Shown here one piece after another: positions 10,301 through 18,463 of a DNA stretch of 64,000 bases. Position 1 is the first letter of the stretch; each line of letters opens with the position of its first letter. Source of the DNA: an archaeon (GTDB lineage: Archaea; Undinarchaeota; Undinarchaeia; Undinarchaeales; JBDRKL01). Both the position numbers and the translations under genes were made by a program. The stretch is taken from NCBI GenBank assembly GCA_043814055.1, contig JBDRKL010000006.1:26550-90549 (forward strand). The letters are read 5' to 3'. Below the pieces are notes generated by a model. It had not been told where the DNA came from. It was given only the letters and a program-made list of their open reading frames with translations, and did no database searches.

Positions 10301-12341
10301 TGCTCTGCACATTGCTGATTACTGGATTTTCTGTGTCTGCTTGCGCGATAACTGTGTAGTCGCTGCCGTCTATCCCGGCGTTGTCTGAAGTGTCGTATGC
10401 TGTAATCAGGTAGTTAAATGTGCCGAGCTGAGTTGTGTCTGCTGCGGTGTATTCGTATGTGTCGCCGCTGACGTGGGTCATGACCCCACTTCCGCTGGTC
10501 ATTTCAATTTCGACCCTGTCAATGCCGACATTGTCAGTAACTTCTGCTGTAATTGTAATAACGCGGTTCTGCACAACTGGGTCTGGGCTGTCGGTTACAT
10601 CCACGAATACTGGGGCTTCAGTGTCCTCAACTGCAATAACAGTGTAGTCTCCATCAACCGGTGTTGCATCGTTGCCTGAAGCATCGCTTGCGTATATGGT
10701 GTAATCAAAGTTTCCAAGTACGCTAGTGTCAGCGTCATTGTAAACATAAATGGTTGTGTCAGCAACCTGCGCCATCGCATACTGAATTCCATCCAGTTCA
10801 ACCAAAACTGCGTCAACCGCAACATTGTCTGTGACATTTGCGATTATCTGGTTGCCCTCGTTCTGCTCAACCGGGTCTGGCGCGTCAAGGACATTTGCAA
10901 TTACCGGAGCCTCAGTATCTTCCTCGCCTGGTGCAATAACTGTGTAATCTCCATTAACCGGAGTTGCGTCGTTGCCTGATTCATCCTCTGCATAAACAGT
11001 ATAGTCAAATGTTCCAAGCTCGCTGGTGTCAGCGCTGGTGTAAACAAATTCATTTCCAGTGCTATGCGCCATTGGATACTTGGTCTTGTCAAACTTAATC
11101 ATAACATTGTCAAGCTGTTCATTATCAGTAACAGCAGCTGTAATAGTGATAACCTCGTTCTGCTCAACCGGATCGGGCTCATCGCTTACAGTTGAAATAA
11201 CAGGGGCCTCGGTGTCATCATCTTCTGTTGAACCGCCCTCAGCAAGCGTCAGAACAAAAAGTGTAACCATATTGTCATTCCTGTTGCCGTTCTCGTCAAC
11301 CGTCTTTACTCCAAAAGTGTAATCAGTGCTTGGCTGAAGGTTTGTAATATTATATTCCGCGCCGTCAACTGAAGTGAAGTAAATGCCGTTTTTGTATAGG
11401 CGCGCGTGGTCAAAGTCATTGTCATTTGGATTATTCCAGGACAAAACTGCCCAGGTTGCGCCAACTGATTCTGCTACAAGGTTCGTGACCTTTGCAGGCG
11501 GGGTAGTGTCCTCTTCTGTTTCGTTGGTGTCATTATCTCCACCATTTCCATCATCATCTCCACCATTGCCATCGTTCTGTGGGTTGACCTCAATCGTAAC
11601 TGTGCCGCCGTTTGTCTTGCCGCCGCAGGCTGCCTGCTGCCAGTAATATATAATGCCACCAATGTATGATTCATACGCAACCGTGCAGAGCTTCACGTCG
11701 TGCTCGCCTGGTGCAAGATTCCTAAAAGTATAAGTGTTTGAATCTGTGGTGCTGTGGCTGTTCGGTCCTTCCATTCCATATACTTCGCTGGAATCATCAA
11801 GCCTCCAAAAAGTGTAGAAACCATCGGTGTAGTCGCCCTGAAGATTACTCTTTACCCTGCCGCTTGCGTAAACCGTGGTTCCGTAAGGTTCACTCTCAAC
11901 TGGGCTTAGAATCGTGAACTCGTAGCCTGGGAGTATTGTATTTGGTGCATTTTCTCCTGCACTTGTTTCAGTAAATCCACACTCCTCAAGAGTGTAGCCA
12001 CGTAGCACGCACTGCCGTGCTTCCTCGTAATTATCTATAACATCCTTAATATTATCCGCTGCAGCCTCATTTGCGTCGTGCCTGTCGTCCTGGGATTTTT
12101 CTATAGCGTTGCGCATATCATCTTGTGATCTCTGAATAGCATCTGCCCTTGCGTCCTGCGCATCCTCTATGGCAGAGCCCTGCCTGGTTATGTCAGTTGA
12201 CCTGAATGGGCTAAAGTCTGTCGCGCTTGAACCAGCGCGGGAAATAGTTCTCACAGGCGCTGCATAAGCAGCCTGCGACATTAGCAATAGAGCTATAAAA
12301 ACTATGCTTATAATTTTTTTATTTGTCATTTCAACCATCAC
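7359..12341 (-). CDS. 1660-aa cell-surface protein (FN3, tandem ~95-aa Ig-like repeats, PKD, C-terminal TM)
   Basis: Repeats DTEAPVIS..PDPVEQN..ITA.VTDN; FN3 (LQPSTDYTFGVKTVD); PKD (YAWDFGDG); many N-X-S/T sequons. Confidence 0.8.
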   Translation of the reverse strand: MMVEMTNKKIISIVFIALLLMSQAAYAAPVRTISRAGSSATDFSPFRSTDITRQGSAIEDAQDARADAIQRSQDDMRNAIEKSQDDRHDANEAAADNIKDVIDNYEEARQCVLRGYTLEECGFTETSAGENAPNTILPGYEFTILSPVESEPYGTTVYASGRVKSNLQGDYTDGFYTFWRLDDSSEVYGMEGPNSHSTTDSNTYTFRNLAPGEHDVKLCTVAYESYIGGIIYYWQQAACGGKTNGGTVTIEVNPQNDGNGGDDDGNGGDNDTNETEEDTTPPAKVTNLVAESVGATWAVLSWNNPNDNDFDHARLYKNGIYFTSVDGAEYNITNLQPSTDYTFGVKTVDENGNRNDNMVTLFVLTLAEGGSTEDDDTEAPVISTVSDEPDPVEQNEVITITAAVTDNEQLDNVMIKFDKTKYPMAHSTGNEFVYTSADTSELGTFDYTVYAEDESGNDATPVNGDYTVIAPGEEDTEAPVIANVLDAPDPVEQNEGNQIIANVTDNVAVDAVLVELDGIQYAMAQVADTTIYVYNDADTSVLGNFDYTIYASDASGNDATPVDGDYTVIAVEDTEAPVFVDVTDSPDPVVQNRVITITAEVTDNVGIDRVEIEMTSGSGVMTHVSGDTYEYTAADTTQLGTFNYLITAYDTSDNAGIDGSDYTVIAQADTENPVISNVQSIPDPVEQDAIITITADVADNVAVNTVQIELAGQNHTMTSTGGNSYEYTAANTSTLGTFDYTIYANDGSANDAAPINGDYTVIAQADTENPVISNVIERFDPIVQNAPQLISADVTDNVAVDTVTLEANGQNYTMTHVSGNTYESTSANTSSVGTVDYIIYANDTSGNVAIYSSDYTVTDIDTTAPLVFNLIPAAGSMYNVSDVITISADATDASGINSVYALVTIPNGSSEMLTLTNAGGDTYSTSYTIPNEYGVYSITYSAFDTYGNVNNTESTTFVVLSPSAVPPIAQFTYQPLNPDTTNVIVFDGSTSYDPDGGAITGYAWDFGDGTVATGSNPTHTYTSEGTYTITLNVTDDETQWNLSSQNVTVTLAPAGCNWVLRTFVDSYYYTDANVTDGQLINSYVYECSNLTDTSFDISSANASRAERSTIVNSILLRSTVLDSTLTDAYIVDSYVDPSNLINTNATISTIISSNLTNCDVTNSRIENTELSDMIVLNADIRNGILYSGTIIYGGRTYTAPPEIVIADWAEVPVINSVDENYDIIGQNNQLIICANVTDDTAVNAVFIELAGVNYTAALYAGTQDMYCYNGADTSAIGTFNYTAYASDNAGNNAAPLAGSYTVVADNTPPVINGVTVEPNPVTQGNLIMFAVTATDDIGVSNIYVEIGSVNYTAIMPAGGTAYEAVHNTENDTIGDISYTVYVLDNYGTATTATGIYTVTAPPAPPAPPEPYYGGGGGYGGRGPPMSASPAALVEICSDGEDNDYDGDVDCADSDCMDAMSCQEEEEPVEEVVTRDSSEFGLDFSENNELIIDTVKGDEYTFEFKGVEELLGVEDVKHYSAILRIRGEVERISIERLETTTVDIDHDGVDDLEITLNSIEDGVAQFKVTKLWDDETGGPTVLLLLNQIKSTTWMGLFMLFGIVMLMSARHNLNKKRNGKKGKKEEKEKKKAIEDDVLKEIEREELKKNADTKKKAGKDGSA

Positions 12342-12498
12342 TACGTAAGTTTTTGGCCTCTCCCAAGACCCAATTTGGTGGCATTTATAGTGTGATAATT
12401 AGTATATAAACTTTGTTGTTACTTCTCAGTGGTGATTTCTAAACATGCCTGCTTTGTGGACATATACATTTAAATATATTGGGGGACACTCCTTACCC

Positions 12499-13053
12499 AT
12501 GGCAATAAAACAGCCCTGTGCCACAATCTCGGCAAGTTATCTTCTAAAAGAATTCAAATGTTTCCAGTGCAAAAAACCAATCAAAGTTCCTAAAACCCGG
12601 CTTGGCGCTCTCCACTGTCTATACTGCAATAAGAAGTACCGCATCCTGCCTGTGCTTCTTTTCAGGTTAGGGCGAACCTCTTTCAAGTGCCCTAAGTGCG
12701 GCACATCTCATCAATTTGCGCCTGATAAATTAACCGCTATTTTCCAGGCTGGAAAACCTTTTCCTTGTGACTCGTGCAAGACTCCTTACATCCTGAGGCC
12801 CTTAGTTCGTATAAAACCAGGGCAAACAACCTTTGCGTGTACGAACAAAAACTGCAAGCAAAAGGTCATCACGGTTCCAGTTTCTTTGCACTACCCAATT
12901 GTGATGTGCAATGGATGTCGCACAGCCCATGAGCTGCTTGTCATGAAACCGGGCAACAGGGCTAAAAAGAAAAAGGTAGCGGAGCTGTCAAAGGGCGAGC
13001 CGGACAAAGTGGAGCGACAAATTATGGACGACCTATTTGATGAAGATTTTTGA
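12499..13053 (+). CDS. Multi-zinc-ribbon protein (six CxxC-type pairs)
   Basis: CFQC, CLYC, CPKC, CDSC, CTNKNC, CNGC; TATA at about 12469-12479 favours the MAIKQ start. Confidence 0.6.
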   Translation: MAIKQPCATISASYLLKEFKCFQCKKPIKVPKTRLGALHCLYCNKKYRILPVLLFRLGRTSFKCPKCGTSHQFAPDKLTAIFQAGKPFPCDSCKTPYILRPLVRIKPGQTTFACTNKNCKQKVITVPVSLHYPIVMCNGCRTAHELLVMKPGNRAKKKKVAELSKGEPDKVERQIMDDLFDEDF

Positions 13054-13212
13054 AGATAGTAAGAATTAAATCAGAATTTCTTAGACTATAGCTAGATTAT
13101 TCTTAGACTATAGCTCAGTTCACATACAAATATGCAAACGGTATTCTCTATTATTACTATCTCAAAGCTACACGCTAACTGGTATAATTCTCATACCTAA
13201 AAGGTAGCCTTT

Positions 13213-13797
13213 TTACTTATGATTCTGGAAACAGTCTCTGCAGTAAACCGGCTTGTTGCCTGATGGCTTGAACGGTACCTGGCACGATTTTCCGCACTCA
13301 GCGCATGTTGCGTCGTGCATTTCTCGTGGGCCTTGGCTGTATCCGCCGCCTCCGCCGCCGCTTCTATATCCGCCGCCTCCGCCGCCGCTTCTATATCCGC
13401 CGCCGCCTCCGCCGCTTCTATATCCGCCGCCGCCTCCGCCGCTTCTATATCCGCCGCTGCTTCCGCCGCCGCTTCTATATCCGCCGCTGCTTCCGCCGCC
13501 GCTCCTTCTTGGTGGCTTGCGCTTCTGGTAGCAGTCTCTGCAGTAAACCGGCTTTGTCTCATCCGGCTTGAAAGGGACTTCGCATTCTGCCCCACAGTCT
13601 GCGCAAACAGCTTTGTGCATGTCACGACCAGAGTCGTCTGTTGACGGTTTAGCTTTTTTAGTCTGCTCTACTTCTTCAGACTCTTCAGTTTCGTCTTCAG
13701 TCTGCTCTACTTCTTCGGAAGTTGTTTCTTCCTCATCTTTTATCTCATCCTGGGATTCATCCTCAGGCTTATTGTCTTCATCCATTATTTTTTTCAC
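13213..13797 (-). CDS. Two CxxC-x17-CxxC zinc-ribbon domains joined by Gly-rich YRSGGGGGG repeats
   Basis: MHKAVCADCG..PFKP..PVYCRDC twice; acidic N-terminus. Confidence 0.85.
   Translation of the reverse strand: MKKIMDEDNKPEDESQDEIKDEEETTSEEVEQTEDETEESEEVEQTKKAKPSTDDSGRDMHKAVCADCGAECEVPFKPDETKPVYCRDCYQKRKPPRRSGGGSSGGYRSGGGSSGGYRSGGGGGGYRSGGGGGGYRSGGGGGGYRSGGGGGGYSQGPREMHDATCAECGKSCQVPFKPSGNKPVYCRDCFQNHK
13339..13503. repeat. Coding tandem repeat (27-nt units) encoding YRSGGG(G/S)(G/S)G
   Basis: Repeated gcttctatatccgccgc... units. Confidence 0.85.
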
Positions 13798-13949
13798 CTA
13801 TTTTTTTTACTACACACAAAATCTCTTTCTATCGTTTAATACTTCGGTGTATCCATTCCGATGCTTGGCTGGGTATTTAATGGTTTTGATTTCAAAAGTA
13901 AGGGTGGTAGGTTAGCTGGGCTCACTGTTGGGGTGGAGGGTTAAGCCAA

Positions 13950-15215
13950 TTATGCTCCCAATGAAACATTATATTCACTCTCTGAAATCGCCTCTCCCAC
14001 TTCACTGAATTCTTTTCTTGTTTTTTCAAGCTTGATTTCATCCACTCCAAATCTCTTCTCGTCTTCGCTTATTTTTCCCCTCAGCTCAGAAATCTCTGCC
14101 TCTAATTCCTTCTTGCGCTTGGAATACTCTGAATTCACCAAGTCATTTTTCTTGGCTTTTCTCTGCCCATCACGTTCAGCATGCTGTTTTATAAGAGCAT
14201 CCAAATTATCCTTCAACCCGTGTTCTATGGAGATCAGCGCTTTTTCCTTCTCCTTGTCATCCAGCTGTATAGTTCCTTTTTCCAAAGCATCTTTTAATTT
14301 TTTAAGAAGTTCGTTCAGGTGCGGCCCCTCGTGAATTATTTCTCTTGAGTTTGCGATGCAGAGTTCAATATAGTCCATCAATTCTTTTTTCTCAAGCCCC
14401 TCCACAGACCTCTTGTATTTTCTAAGCGGTCTGGTTAATTGACCAATAATGTGGAGTACATTGCGCCCGATGTCCTCTTGTTTGGTCTGAATCTCCATTA
14501 GCCCTTTCTCAAGTCCCTCATATGTTACCTTCTCTTTAGAGGTATAGAGCGCTTGAAGCGCGTCCTCTTTCTTTTTCACGGCGACTTTAAGTTTTTCAAT
14601 GTTCTTCTGGCGCAATGGTAGATTTGTATCCAGTGGGACCATGGCATTTCTCAACTCACCATATCTAGAAAGCATCTCCAGCACTTCCTCATTCTTTTTA
14701 ATCCCCTCGTTAGCCCCTTTTATCTTGTCAAGAAATTCATTTGATGCCAGGGACAGGTTTTGGAGGTTATTGCGCAACTCTTCAACTTCCTTGCTGAACC
14801 CAAACTTGACAAAGCGGAGGTATGTCTTCTCCAGTTTGTGTATGGTGTTTATGCAGCTGATAAATCTCCTGCTGGCCTCCACGCAGTCCTCGTAGTTATT
14901 CAGACTAAGGTCAAATATGAGGTCTATGTTGTGCGTAATTCCCTCCACATAGGACTTTTTGCTGTTCTTGAGTGTCTGGGCGAGCGGCTTGTGCATCGCT
15001 GGGTCAGGTTGAACAGCATTAACTTTGTCCGCCTCCTCCTTCAACCTTTCGCCCGTCTCTTTTATTCTATCATAAATTGACCCAAGCTCTGCTAACAGTT
15101 CTTCTCTAACCTTTTTATTTTCCTCATTCAAAAATTCAGTCAGTTCGGCTATGGTGAAAGTTTTGCTCTCCTGCCTCACTGTTTTTTCCTTGCCAAATCT
15201 TGAAAAGAATCTCAT
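13950..15215 (-). CDS. Coiled-coil hypothetical protein
   Basis: 421-aa E/K/L-rich helical ORF, no catalytic motif. Confidence 0.65.
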   Translation of the reverse strand: MRFFSRFGKEKTVRQESKTFTIAELTEFLNEENKKVREELLAELGSIYDRIKETGERLKEEADKVNAVQPDPAMHKPLAQTLKNSKKSYVEGITHNIDLIFDLSLNNYEDCVEASRRFISCINTIHKLEKTYLRFVKFGFSKEVEELRNNLQNLSLASNEFLDKIKGANEGIKKNEEVLEMLSRYGELRNAMVPLDTNLPLRQKNIEKLKVAVKKKEDALQALYTSKEKVTYEGLEKGLMEIQTKQEDIGRNVLHIIGQLTRPLRKYKRSVEGLEKKELMDYIELCIANSREIIHEGPHLNELLKKLKDALEKGTIQLDDKEKEKALISIEHGLKDNLDALIKQHAERDGQRKAKKNDLVNSEYSKRKKELEAEISELRGKISEDEKRFGVDEIKLEKTRKEFSEVGEAISESEYNVSLGA

Positions 15216-15429
15216 TTTACTTATGTGTGCACTGTGGTTGAATTACAATGCGGTGGACGAGCCCCTTAATCGAAAAGGGGCGCATTAGTTACAAGAGTGG
15301 TTTAGGTTGAGGCTTTATTTATAAGTTGAGGCAGTAGTTTAGCGGGGCTGTGGTGTCGCTCTATGTTCCAGAGTACAGGGGTTACAAGGCACAGCAAAAC
15401 TTAAATACTGCGTAGTACATTTGCAATAC

Positions 15430-15666
15430 ATGGAAAATGAAACTATTCAAGTACGCATGAATGGAACTCTTGTGAAGAAGATAGATGTTTGCGTAAAGCA
15501 CGGTTTGTTTGACAACCGTTCAGAAGTTGTCAGGGATGCTGTGAGGCAAATGTTTTCTCCAGAGCTAAAGCCGGAAGTTCTTGCTGAATGCATGAAAATC
15601 TCTGAGGGAATGAGAAAAGGCAAGAAGATGTCTTTGGAAGATTTAGAGAAAGAGTTATTGGAATGA
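15430..15666 (+). CDS. Ribbon-helix-helix antitoxin
   Basis: TIQVRM...NRSEVVRDAVR; overlaps the relE start (ATGA). Confidence 0.8.
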   Translation: MENETIQVRMNGTLVKKIDVCVKHGLFDNRSEVVRDAVRQMFSPELKPEVLAECMKISEGMRKGKKMSLEDLEKELLE

Positions 15667-15935
15667 GCTATTCTATTTCTTTGTCTGACAAGGCGACCAA
15701 GCAATTAAAAAAGCTGAACAAGGCTGTTGTCCGAAGAATCATAGACAAACTAAAAACACTATCCAGCGAGCCTTATTCAAAAACTCTACCGCTACAGGAC
15801 TCTGAGTTCAGGCGGCTCAGAATCGGTGACTGGAGGATAATTCTTGACATAGCCGACGATTTGAAAGAAGTTTTTGTGGTCCTTGTCGGCAAGCGGGAGA
15901 ATATTTATGAAGAGCTGGAGCAGAGTGGTGGTTAA
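15663..15935 (+). CDS. RelE/ParE family toxin
   Basis: KATKQLKKL...RRLRIGDWRII...VGKRENIY. Confidence 0.88.
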   Translation: MSYSISLSDKATKQLKKLNKAVVRRIIDKLKTLSSEPYSKTLPLQDSEFRRLRIGDWRIILDIADDLKEVFVVLVGKRENIYEELEQSGG

Positions 15936-16021
15936 CAAATGCGTGGTAAGGATGATTTTTTAAAAAGACAAAAGAAGATTTTAGAAACTGAGGAGTTTAT
16001 GGGCTTAGATGATGTTTAAGA

Positions 16022-16082
16022 AAACATTTATTAACATTGAGTGAGATACTTCACCTCTAACATATGGGGCTATGGTGTAACC
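16022..16082 (+). repeat. tRNA-Trp promoter + 5' fragment, copy 1 (left junction)
   Basis: aaacatttattaa...GGGGCTATGGTGTAACC, 17/17 match to tRNA positions 1-17. Confidence 0.85.
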
Positions 16083-16104
16083 CTTCTTTGAAAAATTGCA
16101 GATA

Positions 16105-17160
16105 TTAAAGAGAACCTGCAGCACCATCGGCTTTAGGTGCCATTGCTTTTTTGTAATTCTCCTGAAGCTCATATGATAACGTCTGAACCTTATCTTTGGT
16201 AATCGCAGAAATCAGCAGGACTTTCTCTTTCTTTGTCTTGAAAAAAGACAGGATTGCGTCCTGCTGCTCTTGTGACAAAAGGTCAGTTTTGTTGATGACA
16301 ATCATGCTTGAAACCTTTAAAAGGTCATTGCTAAACTGCGCCATTTCCTTCTCTAATACCCCTTTTTGCGCCCATAGGTGCTGGGTCAGTTTTTTCCCAG
16401 CCAGCTCAAGCACGTCCTCCTCCGGGTACAACACATAAACAATCAGCTGGCACCTTTGAAGGTGCTGGAGGAATTGAATCCCAAGACCCTTGCCGAGCGA
16501 CGCGTCCTCAATCAGGCCAGGGATGTCCGCTATGACCAGATTGCCCTTCTTGTCATCGGTTTCCATGACCCCCAGGTTTGGTGATAATGTAGTGAAAGGG
16601 TAATTCGCAATCTTTGGCTTAGCCTTGGTCAGGACAGAAAGCAGGGTGCTTTTTCCAGCGTTCGGCAGGCCTGCCAGCCCGATTTGGGCCAAAACCTTGA
16701 GTTTCAGCTGCACGCTGATGGGCTTTGTCTTTTCCCCCTCAGTTGACTCTTTCGGATAGACATTAGTAGATGATCTGAAACACCAATTGCCCGTGCCTCC
16801 TTTGCCGCCGCGCGCGAGACAGAACCTCATGCCAGGCTTGTCCAAATCCACGATAAGCCTGCCTGTGTCTGCGTTGTAAATCATTGTCCCGACAGGAATC
16901 TGGAGCGTTGTGTCCTCTGTCCTCTTGGCGTAGGCCCTCCCATTTTTGCCATTCGCACCATTTTTCGCAACTATGAGATGTCTGCCAAATAAGTCACTCA
17001 GGGTGTTCAGGTTGGTTGTGGTTTCAACATAGATGGAGCCGCCTTGACCGCCGTTCCCGCCGTCAGGCCCGCATTTAGGGCGGTTCTTTTCCCTGCGGAA
17101 GCCGACCTGGCCATCTCCGCCATTACCTGCTTTTACAACAAAACTTGCCTCATCTATCAT
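16105..17160 (-). CDS. obgE: Bacterial-type Obg/CgtA GTPase
   Basis: Gly-rich Obg fold (GNGGDG..FRREK..GPDGGNGGQGGS), G1 GLPNAGKST, G2 YPFTT, G3 DIPG, G4 NKTD, G5 SA; no C-terminal domain. Confidence 0.9.
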   Translation of the reverse strand: MIDEASFVVKAGNGGDGQVGFRREKNRPKCGPDGGNGGQGGSIYVETTTNLNTLSDLFGRHLIVAKNGANGKNGRAYAKRTEDTTLQIPVGTMIYNADTGRLIVDLDKPGMRFCLARGGKGGTGNWCFRSSTNVYPKESTEGEKTKPISVQLKLKVLAQIGLAGLPNAGKSTLLSVLTKAKPKIANYPFTTLSPNLGVMETDDKKGNLVIADIPGLIEDASLGKGLGIQFLQHLQRCQLIVYVLYPEEDVLELAGKKLTQHLWAQKGVLEKEMAQFSNDLLKVSSMIVINKTDLLSQEQQDAILSFFKTKKEKVLLISAITKDKVQTLSYELQENYKKAMAPKADGAAGSL

Positions 17161-17234
17161 ATTATGATTCCACTTAAACGATGCGGGGTGTAGTATTTAA
17201 TCTTATCTGGCAGTGTCCGGCCTTAATTGAGGCT

Positions 17235-18335
17235 CTAGTAATCAACTTCTCTCGTCCTGTATTTTCTTATTTCTCTTCCTTGTTTTGCAGTGTCCTTCCA
17301 TTTGGTTTTCTCTGCCCGTCTGACCATATTCTTTTGTTTAATTGCGAGAACTTCAACTTCCTGTTTCAGTTTCAAATAATGTGCATATCGGCGGGGGTCA
17401 AGCTTTCCGGTATCAAGCGCTTCCTTGACTGCACAGTCCGGTGCATTTTCATGGTTGCAGTCTGTGAATTTACACTGTTGGATAATCTCCTCAACATCTC
17501 TAAACATCTCACTAATACCCTCGCCTTTGGACCATAGTTGCATTTCCCTCACTCCAGGATTGTCTATAATCATCCCGCCTTTTGGCATCATAAACAGCTC
17601 ACGATAGGCTGTAATGTGCCTTCCGTGACCGTCGGTTTCCCTAACTTCTCCCACTTCCTGTCGGTCTACTCCGAGAAGCTGATTAAGAATCGTTGACTTG
17701 CCCACGCCTGATGACCCGAGAATAGCTATGGTTTTCCCCTCTTCTAAATATTGGTCAAGCGCATCCAATCCTTGATTTAGTTTCGCGCTCAAGATATGCA
17801 CTGGAGCATTTTGAGCTATCTTTTTCACTTCCTCACCTCTTTCCTCTGGGTTATCACAAAGGTCAGATTTATTCAATATTACAACTGGTTTTGACTTGCT
17901 CTCTGATACCAAAGTAAGATATCTTTCAATTCTTTGGATGTTGAACTCATTATCAAGGCCTGCAACAATCCAAACCATATCCACATTTGCGACTAGGATT
18001 TGTTCTTCTGTAGTTACCCCAGCAACTTTTCTGGAGAATTTGTTCCGCCTTGGAAGAACTGTTTTAATGGTTCCTTCCTCGTTCGCAACCCCTTTCTTAA
18101 TCGCTACCCAGTCGCCAACAACCGGATAAGCCCCTTTCTCAGTGGCATCAAATCTGAATTTCCCTGAAACTTTAACTTCGGTTTCCCCTGTTTCAGTGAG
18201 TGCAATGTAACCCTTTCGCTGGACTTTAATTATGCGCCCTGGCACAAGTCCGTTCAGTTGGTATGGACTAAAGCTCTCTTCAAAGAATGAATCCCAGCCA
18301 ATTTTTTTAAGGTCTATTTTAGCGGTGGTCATCAT
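17235..18335 (-). CDS. rsgA: Ribosome small-subunit-dependent GTPase A
   Basis: OB fold (PVVGDWV), permuted NKSD / GSSGVGKST, GRHIT, DNPG, Zn motif CKFTDCNHENAPDC. Confidence 0.92.
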   Translation of the reverse strand: MMTTAKIDLKKIGWDSFFEESFSPYQLNGLVPGRIIKVQRKGYIALTETGETEVKVSGKFRFDATEKGAYPVVGDWVAIKKGVANEEGTIKTVLPRRNKFSRKVAGVTTEEQILVANVDMVWIVAGLDNEFNIQRIERYLTLVSESKSKPVVILNKSDLCDNPEERGEEVKKIAQNAPVHILSAKLNQGLDALDQYLEEGKTIAILGSSGVGKSTILNQLLGVDRQEVGEVRETDGHGRHITAYRELFMMPKGGMIIDNPGVREMQLWSKGEGISEMFRDVEEIIQQCKFTDCNHENAPDCAVKEALDTGKLDPRRYAHYLKLKQEVEVLAIKQKNMVRRAEKTKWKDTAKQGREIRKYRTREVDY

Positions 18336-18463
18336 GTTTCACCATTCTTTTTTTCATAACAATAATTAATGAGTTCTACTACTTCAATTCTTCTCCTCTG
18401 CCCCTCCGATGTATTTGGGTTACGAGGTAGGACTCATTTTTTGAATATTGGCTTAGGGCTACA

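Noticed and set aside
13078-13115. Two-copy direct repeat TTCTTAGACTATAGCT
   Set aside because: Short local duplication between convergent genes with no functional evidence
13197-13644. Ala-, Pro- and Arg-rich alternative ORFs
   Set aside because: By-products of the Gly-codon repeat in the real minus-strand gene
15939-16019. 26-codon ORF MRGKDDFLKRQKKILETEEFMGLDDV
   Set aside because: May be an antitoxin remnant but is too short to support
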